Source: an uncultured virus (IMG/VR IMGVR_UViG_3300042515_002586)
Taxonomy: Duplodnaviria > Heunggongvirae > Uroviricota > Caudoviricetes
Length of the DNA: 64,000 bases
Reading direction: 5' to 3' (one strand)
Virus record (IMG/VR): IMGVR_UViG_3300042515_002586
Below, piece by piece: positions 57,741 through 64,000 of the stretch. Position numbers and translations under genes: made by a program. Every line of letters begins with the position of its first letter. Position 1 is the stretch's first letter. The notes under the pieces were generated by a model. That model worked only from the letters and a program-made list of their open reading frames with translations. It was not told where the DNA came from and did no database searches.

Positions 57741-58548
57741 CAGTTTTCATTAATTCTTCAATTTCTTCTTGAGTTGGTACATGTGCCTGTTCTTCAATTG
57801 GCCAATCTACAGGAATAATCCAATCTTTACCCATAAACTTAATATCAGTAAGGGAAGTTAAATATCTTGTAGTAATACCTAGTTCTTGAATATGTTGTGG
57901 ACCAAGTTGAGGTTGATCTGGGTCAATTAGCATAATTTCTTTAGAACTATCAGAAGCCGTAAAGATACTAAAAGAAAGAACTCCAGCTAGTACCGTATTG
58001 TTAATTAATGGTCTAAAAGTATTAAGTTCACAAGGAGGCTTAGATTCTAGTTTATTTTCTGCAATTCTTTTTAATGTATCTGGATTTGCAGTTGCTGGAG
58101 ATAAAGGAAAAGTATCAACTTGATTAGTAAAGTTCCAGCTAATATCACCCCCACCTTGTGGATCCATAGACATGTGCATAACTGGTACATTAAAATTGTA
58201 ACTAGCAGTCCATAGTAATGTTCTAGCCTTCAAATTGTCTACAGCATCTACTATAACACCTGTTTTAGAGAAAGGAATAGATACAATATTCTGATCGTCT
58301 AACATAATATCATAAGCAATAGCTGTAATACCATCAAACTCGTTACAAACTTCTGCTATCGCAACAGCTTTGTTTTTTCCAATATCTTTTGGAGTAAATT
58401 CTTGAGAAAAAATGTTTCTTTCCTCAACAGTATCACCATCATATATATGAATTGTTAAAGGCTTCTTTAACGATGCAAATCTTCTTGAGACTTCTTTAGC
58501 AAATCCACTCCCAAGTGAACCTGCTCCTACTAGGTATATTTCTATCAT
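57721..58548 (-). CDS. ThiF/MoeB/E1-family adenylyltransferase
   Basis: VGAGSLGS, DGDTVEERNIFSQ, GKNKA, DAVDNLKAR and PPC (candidate thioester Cys). Confidence 0.9.
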   Translation of the reverse strand: MIEIYLVGAGSLGSGFAKEVSRRFASLKKPLTIHIYDGDTVEERNIFSQEFTPKDIGKNKAVAIAEVCNEFDGITAIAYDIMLDDQNIVSIPFSKTGVIVDAVDNLKARTLLWTASYNFNVPVMHMSMDPQGGGDISWNFTNQVDTFPLSPATANPDTLKRIAENKLESKPPCELNTFRPLINNTVLAGVLSFSIFTASDSSKEIMLIDPDQPQLGPQHIQELGITTRYLTSLTDIKFMGKDWIIPVDWPIEEQAHVPTQEEIEELMKTVGASNG

Positions 58549-58580
58549 TGTTTTATTGTTTCTTTAGTTGTGTTGTTTCT

Positions 58581-59969
58581 TTAGTTACTTTTATTAAAAG
58601 TAAGAATCTTTTCTAGTTGTTTACATCTTGCAACTTGGCTACTTCCATTAGTAGTTTTAGTAAATGTAAAGTTTGTTCCAGTACTCATCTTTTTAGGAAT
58701 TAAAGAAGTAATAATCCATTCCATTAAAGTTTGATTTTTAGTTAAAGGACCTTGCATGTCTACACCAGCACTGTATGTTTGAGAACCGGTTCTTTGACAC
58801 CAAGAAGAAGAAATGAAAACCAATCCCCTATCTTTAAATTTAAGAACTAACTCTTCTAACTCTGGATTATTTCTATAACAATTTTCAAAAGATGTATAAT
58901 CTGTAAAGTAGATGAACTCATTTGAACCCATCATTTTATTACCCTCAATTTCAAGTTGTATTTGCCAAGCAAAACCAGAGTAAATTACTGGACTATGATA
59001 ATAAAAAAGAATTTCAAATTCTTTTTGAGCATACCTTTTCTTTAAATCTTCAAACTGTTCTTCAGTACTTATACTATAGTTATTGTAATTATTATCAACT
59101 ATATGAGTTCCACTATGCTTATACCTATTTTTTGGATTTAAAATACTAGTAATCTTATCAAATCCACCATAAGGCGTATAATTTAAATATATTGGACTAA
59201 GAGAAAGTATTTTAACATCTGGAATATGTTTTAAATGATCTAAAACAGTAGCCCTCATTTCATTAATTACTTTCTGATCAAATTGATGTGGAACATAAAA
59301 TTTTCTAGCATAATGATCAGACATAGTTAAGTTAGATGTATATTTATGTGTATCACCACCAAAATTTACTGTAGGATAGTCGAATTTAACTAAAGATGGA
59401 TCTACTTTCTTTTCTTTAGGGAGTACAATACTTGCTTCTACTTTATACCCACTTAAACCTAATCGAATAAATAAAAGAAATGATAAAATTGATATAATTT
59501 CTATTGGAACTCTTTCTAATGTACTAGAATAAGTCAATTTTGGAGTATAAGAATTACAATCATAATCTGTTTTTGTTGTTGTTTCACACAAATGTAATGA
59601 TTCTTGAATTAATTCTTGAAATAGTTTTTGCAATTCCCCAACAAATTTAGGTTTTATTGGTTTACCTAAAGAAGGAAAATATGAAGCAAAATTAGCTACA
59701 TAACTATCTCTAGTACAAAGAAAATGTTCATCGTTATTTTCTTTGTTTACAAAAACAAATTTAGTATAATGATTTGAAATAGCACTGTGTTTATCTACAA
59801 GATCTGTTGACTTTATAAAATTCCTCAAAGGAATATTTAAATCTTTAGGAATATAAGGTGCCCAACTACCCCAATTGGCATACATATAACTACATATACC
59901 AATATATTTAGTTACGTCTTTAAATACAGAATATTTATCTTGTTCGAGTATTTGTTCTATAGTTTTCAT
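58581..59969 (-). CDS. Cys-motif protein, distant paralog of 60605/61747; candidate E2/E3-like
   Basis: IYFTDY...VFISSSWCQ...KNQTLMEWIITSLI aligns with the paralogs' C-terminal domain. Confidence 0.45.
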   Translation of the reverse strand: MKTIEQILEQDKYSVFKDVTKYIGICSYMYANWGSWAPYIPKDLNIPLRNFIKSTDLVDKHSAISNHYTKFVFVNKENNDEHFLCTRDSYVANFASYFPSLGKPIKPKFVGELQKLFQELIQESLHLCETTTKTDYDCNSYTPKLTYSSTLERVPIEIISILSFLLFIRLGLSGYKVEASIVLPKEKKVDPSLVKFDYPTVNFGGDTHKYTSNLTMSDHYARKFYVPHQFDQKVINEMRATVLDHLKHIPDVKILSLSPIYLNYTPYGGFDKITSILNPKNRYKHSGTHIVDNNYNNYSISTEEQFEDLKKRYAQKEFEILFYYHSPVIYSGFAWQIQLEIEGNKMMGSNEFIYFTDYTSFENCYRNNPELEELVLKFKDRGLVFISSSWCQRTGSQTYSAGVDMQGPLTKNQTLMEWIITSLIPKKMSTGTNFTFTKTTNGSSQVARCKQLEKILTFNKSN

Positions 59970-59991
59970 TTTGTTTATAGTATTTTTTAAT

Positions 59992-60022
59992 AAAAAAGGG
60001 TTGGGATTTCTCCCAACCCTTT
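59992..60022 (-). terminator. Strong Rho-independent terminator
   Basis: AAAGGGTTGGGA-GAAA-TCCCAACCC followed by a T tract on the minus strand. Confidence 0.9.
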
Positions 60023-60030
60023 AAGTTAAC

Positions 60031-60534
60031 TTAACCCCAAACTGAGGTTCCAGTAACTAAGAAAGTGACACCATTGCCCGTAACAAGGGAAGAACATGCA
60101 AGATCTTCCATTCTAATGTAAGGGGCACCATTTGCATTGTTAGCAGTTGCGCTGAAACCTTGAGTTCTAATCAAGTATTCACGAACAGCTGCCATAACAA
60201 CATCATTAACAGTAACCGAACCAGTAGCTTGGAAAGCTTGAACAGCTGCATTGTACTCATTAATAAGTTGCTGAGTCTTAGCTACCTTAGTTGCACTATC
60301 GTCTCGGGAAGTACCGATAAGAGCAATCTTAGCGTTGACTTGATTCCAATCAGGCTTTTCTCTGTTAGTTTGCAAAGCTTGATCAGTAATTCCAAGCTCT
60401 TCAAAAGTAACTTGAGTATTAACGCTTGCTCTGCGATTGTTGTTAGAGTTGTTACCACCAAGAGCGATGGACACAACAGTTTGAGGACCAAATTGGTCAG
60501 ATGAAACGGTTACGTTATTGTGAATTCTAGGCAT
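60031..60534 (-). CDS. Candidate ubiquitin-like (beta-grasp) modifier with C-terminal Gly
   Basis: SVTVNDVV helix cap, NG..Y..EDL, LVTGNGVTFLVTGTSVWG end; AAGGA RBS; own terminator; two genes from the E1. Confidence 0.5.
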   Translation of the reverse strand: MPRIHNNVTVSSDQFGPQTVVSIALGGNNSNNNRRASVNTQVTFEELGITDQALQTNREKPDWNQVNAKIALIGTSRDDSATKVAKTQQLINEYNAAVQAFQATGSVTVNDVVMAAVREYLIRTQGFSATANNANGAPYIRMEDLACSSLVTGNGVTFLVTGTSVWG

Positions 60535-60553
60535 ATTTTGTATATTATCCTTA

Positions 60554-60583
60554 AGTTTTTTAGGTTATTAACCCAAAAAAGCT
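60554..60583 (-). promoter_or_regulatory. Stem-loop in the 5' leader of 60031-60534
   Basis: Minus strand TTTTTTGGGTT-AAT-AACCTAAAAAA just upstream of the RBS. Confidence 0.4.
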
Positions 60584-60604
60584 TTTAATTCGGATAATAT
60601 TACA

Positions 60605-61744
60605 TTATGACTGATAACTGTTTGAAAGCCTATTTCTGTTACGTTGAGTATCTAAATTTTCACCTTGTAAGATGTTTTTAAGAAGTGTTTTTCTTCCTCC
60701 AATCTTGTATGTAAGTCCAGGAAGATTCAAAGAATGTCCATCAGAAGCTAGTCTTTGAATAAACTTTGATTGTAAATACTGAATAAAATCTTGATTTTCA
60801 GTTCGTGGATTAAAACTATATCCTTCACTTATACCAAAACCTACCTCACAGTAATTTGCACCAAGATAAATATAATCAGCATTAAAATCCATAGGTTTTA
60901 GATTGAAAGCTTTTTCCATATCTTCAATATATTCTTTTGTTGTAAAGAATAAACTATAGCCCTTAAACCTTATTCTAAATCCAATTGAAATAAAAGTAAC
61001 ATCAGTACCATATTGAATTTTAATTTGATTTAGCTCTTTTTTAGTATAGACATCTAAATTAAGAGTATTTACATCATTATCACCTAAATAATAAAGTGAA
61101 AATGGTAAGTTACATAATGTTGTTTCACTTGAATTACGGTGCTTATAAACAATAACTTTTTCTACTGTTGCATGTTTTAAGTAGTCATTCAAAAACAAAG
61201 CTTTTTCTTTTAAATTTTCTAAGTGAAATTTGGATTCGTCTAATTCTAGATCTAGTTTTTTGTAAGGAAATTGAGCGAAATCACATGAATAATTAGAGCT
61301 ATTAATAAATTTAGTAAAACAATGATGAAGGGTTCGATGAAAAGTATTTAAATATTGTTCTAAAAATAATAGTAAATCAATTTTATATAACGAATCTAGA
61401 AAATAATAGTAACCGTCCCCAGATCTTAATATTAAATCAGCATAGTCTTTTTTAAATAATTCAATTAAATTATTATTTACTGAAATAATTAAATTATCTA
61501 ATTTACTTTTAAATTTATAAAATGGTATTTTAAATAAAGACTTACTTTTAGGTCCTTCAATAGAATAACTATCACCTATTTTCTTACATATAATAAATTG
61601 ATTTTCTTTATTATTATGTGTAATAATTGGAAATTCAACATTAATATGTGAAGCAGAATCAAAAAATGGCTGAAAGATTTTTTGTAGTTCTGTATTTAAT
61701 TCATTAACTAAACCTATATTTTCTTGTTTATTATTTGTATCCAT
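60605..61744 (-). CDS. Cys-motif protein, paralog of 61747-62982; candidate E2/E3-like
   Basis: FFTTKEY...YLGANYCEVGFG...ENQDFIQYLQSKFIQRLA. Confidence 0.55.
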   Translation of the reverse strand: MDTNNKQENIGLVNELNTELQKIFQPFFDSASHINVEFPIITHNNKENQFIICKKIGDSYSIEGPKSKSLFKIPFYKFKSKLDNLIISVNNNLIELFKKDYADLILRSGDGYYYFLDSLYKIDLLLFLEQYLNTFHRTLHHCFTKFINSSNYSCDFAQFPYKKLDLELDESKFHLENLKEKALFLNDYLKHATVEKVIVYKHRNSSETTLCNLPFSLYYLGDNDVNTLNLDVYTKKELNQIKIQYGTDVTFISIGFRIRFKGYSLFFTTKEYIEDMEKAFNLKPMDFNADYIYLGANYCEVGFGISEGYSFNPRTENQDFIQYLQSKFIQRLASDGHSLNLPGLTYKIGGRKTLLKNILQGENLDTQRNRNRLSNSYQS

Positions 61745-61746
61745 TG

Positions 61747-62982
61747 TTAATCTGAAGATGTTAGTCCTGATGAAACCCTATAATTGTTTTCTTGAGTGCT
61801 TATTTTACTTTTAGAATTGTGATCTAGAATACCTTTTATTCTACCTTTATTACCAACAGAAAGAGATAATCCAGGTAAACTAACTGATGCTCCATCATAT
61901 GCAAGTCTTTGAATAAACCTTGATTGTAGATAATGTATAAAATCTTGGTTTTCTTCTCTTGGATCAAAACCTCTACCTTCTCCTCTACCAAAACCAATTT
62001 CACAGTATGAAGCACCTAAATAAAGATATTCTCCTTTAAAATTCATAGGCTGTAAATTAAAAGTTTTTTCCATATCTTGTAAATACTCTTTTGTAGTAAA
62101 GAATAAGTTATAATTACCAATAACTAAAACAAAAGCAATAGCTATAAAACAAAAAGAAGAACCATGTTGCTCACCACTACAAGTAAAATTAGTTGAATAA
62201 CTTTCTATTGTATGTAATTCAGCTATTGACTTTATTGATGTGTCTTTAGCTGGTAAAACTCCATATTCTTTTAAATCAGTAAAATTATTACCATATGTAT
62301 TAGAAGGATTATGCTTATTATAACAAACTTTATTAACTCTAAGAGGATCAAATGAACTTAAGAAAGGTAAAAGAGATATTAGTTTTTCAAGATGGAAATT
62401 TGTTTCAGCTTCATCGTGCTTTAAGAATGATACTTTAGAATAGTAAGGTTTTAAACCAGTATCATAATAACTAATCTCTTCACGAAATAAATTTCTAGTT
62501 ATTTCGTTATTTGTATCAATACTAAAAAGATTCTCAAGTACTTGTAAAATTTTTAGACTTTCTAAAAATTCTTGATCGTCAATATCTACTAAAAATTTAT
62601 AAGTAAAATAACCTTGAGATGCTGTTTGTGTAATTGGACAAGAATACCGATTTAACCTAAATAAAGTATCTCTAAGAAAATAATACTTTAATTTGAAACT
62701 ATGATGAGTACCAACTAAATCTTTACTATCAGCAGATACAATGTCAATTCTCTTAAGTTTACCCATTTTAACAAAACATTCCATATCTGAAATTTCATAA
62801 GATATTGAATCTTCTGTAGATTTAAATGTAACAGTAAAAAACTCAGGTCTATTACGACTTGTAGATTCAAATCTAAATGTTGTATTATTAAAATAACCTG
62901 TGTTAACTAAGTCTTTTATATATTTTTTTAAGGCAAAAGAAAGAGTATTAAGTTTTTCTTGTTGTGAAGAAGTAGGTTTCAT
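61747..62982 (-). CDS. Cys-motif protein, paralog of 60605-61744; candidate E2/E3-like
   Basis: FFTTKEY...YLGASYCEIGFG...ENQDFIHYLQSRFIQRLA. Confidence 0.55.
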   Translation of the reverse strand: MKPTSSQQEKLNTLSFALKKYIKDLVNTGYFNNTTFRFESTSRNRPEFFTVTFKSTEDSISYEISDMECFVKMGKLKRIDIVSADSKDLVGTHHSFKLKYYFLRDTLFRLNRYSCPITQTASQGYFTYKFLVDIDDQEFLESLKILQVLENLFSIDTNNEITRNLFREEISYYDTGLKPYYSKVSFLKHDEAETNFHLEKLISLLPFLSSFDPLRVNKVCYNKHNPSNTYGNNFTDLKEYGVLPAKDTSIKSIAELHTIESYSTNFTCSGEQHGSSFCFIAIAFVLVIGNYNLFFTTKEYLQDMEKTFNLQPMNFKGEYLYLGASYCEIGFGRGEGRGFDPREENQDFIHYLQSRFIQRLAYDGASVSLPGLSLSVGNKGRIKGILDHNSKSKISTQENNYRVSSGLTSSD

Positions 62983-62986
62983 TTTT

Positions 62987-63163
62987 TTAAATAGAAGATT
63001 TTGTTAAAGTAAGACTAGGTTCTGCTTCATATTCATTTAAGTAGTAGTCTTCACATTGAATAGTATAACGAAATTCGTCATAGTCGGGTAAGGATTGATA
63101 AATTGCATTAATGTCAAAAAGCTCATTATCAATATAAACTTTATTTTTTAGTTGATCATCCAT
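62987..63163 (-). CDS. Small acidic protein, not in ORF track (58 aa)
   Basis: MDDQLKNKVYIDNELFDINAIYQSLPDYDEFRYTIQCEDYYLNEYEAEPSLTLTKSSI. Confidence 0.5.
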   Translation of the reverse strand: MDDQLKNKVYIDNELFDINAIYQSLPDYDEFRYTIQCEDYYLNEYEAEPSLTLTKSSI

Positions 63164-63169
63164 TAAAAT

Positions 63170-63195
63170 AAAAAAGGGGAAGTTTCCTTCCCCTT
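63170..63195 (-). terminator. Rho-independent terminator
   Basis: AAGGGGAAG-GAAA-CTTCCCC followed by a T tract on the minus strand. Confidence 0.9.
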
Positions 63196-63200
63196 ATCCA

Positions 63201-63710
63201 TTAACTAGCTGCTTCTTTTTCTTTTGTAATGTGATAAGCGTTATGTTCTACAACAGCTTTCTTTACAGCATCAATATCTTTATTAAAATTTTCAAAAGAA
63301 ATACTCTTCCATTCTGCTTGTTCATTTTTAACAAATACGTTAACTAATGTAACATTTGGAGTTGTAGTTCCTGGTTTAACTTTAATCTTAATCTCATCAT
63401 TCTTAGATACATTCTTTAAGTTTGCAACTAAGTTTTGAGAGAATACAATTTTGATATTAGATTTAATGTAATAGTAAGTGTTGTTAGGTTCATCACATAA
63501 TGTTACAATCAATGCATCATAAGGTTCAACACCAAACTTACCAGGTTGTTTAGGTGTGCCTTCATCATGCTTAATAGAGACAGCAACAAACTTACCTGTA
63601 ATAGATTCTGCTTCTGTAGGGAAGGAACCAGCAGGTAAGTCGTTAGTAGAGATTACAAAGTTGCCATTAAGAGGCTTTACATTGTATTTAATTTTAGGTG
63701 GTTGTATCAT
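63201..63710 (-). CDS. Hypothetical protein, possible OB-fold nucleic acid binder
   Basis: Beta-rich 169-aa ORF followed by a terminator. Confidence 0.55.
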   Translation of the reverse strand: MIQPPKIKYNVKPLNGNFVISTNDLPAGSFPTEAESITGKFVAVSIKHDEGTPKQPGKFGVEPYDALIVTLCDEPNNTYYYIKSNIKIVFSQNLVANLKNVSKNDEIKIKVKPGTTTPNVTLVNVFVKNEQAEWKSISFENFNKDIDAVKKAVVEHNAYHITKEKEAAS

Positions 63711-63954
63711 TTATTTCCAATCTGTTCTTTTTAATTAGAGTAGCTAGTTCTTGTAAACTATAGCCCTCAATGCTATGTTGAACAAAATTAGAAAGGTTAG
63801 GGCAAGATTTATGAATATTTTGATTAAAAATTTCAAGATTTTGCAAGTAATCACCACTAGTAATGTCTATTTGAGCAATAATTGGAGTTTCAATAGTCAA
63901 ATTATTGCTTTTTAATTTCAAGTCTGTTTTATTCAAACAAGAAACTATAATCAT
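63694..63954 (-). CDS. Hypothetical protein
   Basis: 86-aa ORF. Confidence 0.5.
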   Translation of the reverse strand: MIIVSCLNKTDLKLKSNNLTIETPIIAQIDITSGDYLQNLEIFNQNIHKSCPNLSNFVQHSIEGYSLQELATLIKKNRLEINDTTT

Positions 63955-64000
63955 TAAAGTAGTATAATCAAAGTTAGGATTCTTCTTAATATAATCTGTT

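Noticed and set aside
57721..58548. ThiF as a cofactor-biosynthesis or microcin (MccB-like) enzyme
   Set aside because: No thiG/thiS, moa, rhodanese, exporter or Asn-terminated precursor peptide nearby; context favours protein conjugation, though this is not fully excluded
5944..63738. Short + strand ORFs (5944, 6030, 19007, 23500, 25492, 30567, 33794, 34979, 45831, 53381, 55876, 58922, 60160, 63556) and nested - strand ORFs (30060, 56120, 60282)
   Set aside because: They lie within or antisense to better-supported genes and show no recognisable motifs
1..64000. tRNA, rRNA, integrase or transposase genes
   Set aside because: Intergenic gaps are short, and I found no cloverleaf/T-loop motifs or recombinase signatures by eye; tRNAscan-SE would be decisive

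Overview
This is a 64 kb segment of a large, AT-rich (roughly 30% GC by eye) tailed dsDNA bacteriophage read in the standard code. It opens with the end of a + strand virion region (a beta-helix tailspike-like gene). From about 3.4 kb onward the genes are dense and almost all on the - strand. They include nucleotide metabolism (nrdA, nrdB, tandem ThyX, dNMP kinase, HD nucleotidase, IMPDH/GMP reductase, dUTPase) and replication/recombination (family A polymerase, RecA, SSB, HIRAN, primase, DnaB-like helicase, UDG, resolvase, Mre11 with a split Rad50). There are also rIIA/rIIB, an embedded virion-like cassette, and a MoxR + metallopeptidase-VWA pair. Three things stand out. (1) A candidate phage ubiquitin-like conjugation locus at 55.3-63.0 kb: a ThiF/E1 enzyme, a Gly-terminated beta-grasp-like gene with its own terminator, three Cys-motif paralogs with variable N-termini, and a papain-like peptidase. 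(2) A very small two-subunit double-psi-barrel RNA polymerase operon with an ECF-like sigma factor at 51.9-55.2 kb. (3) About 39 hyper-divergent, aromatic-rich microprotein paralogs of roughly 52-75 aa sharing a C-terminal [YF]-[NDS]-x-L-T-x-E motif, mostly in two tandem arrays of 18 and 16 copies; 15 of them are missing from the ORF track. All calls rest on motifs read by eye; no database search was run.
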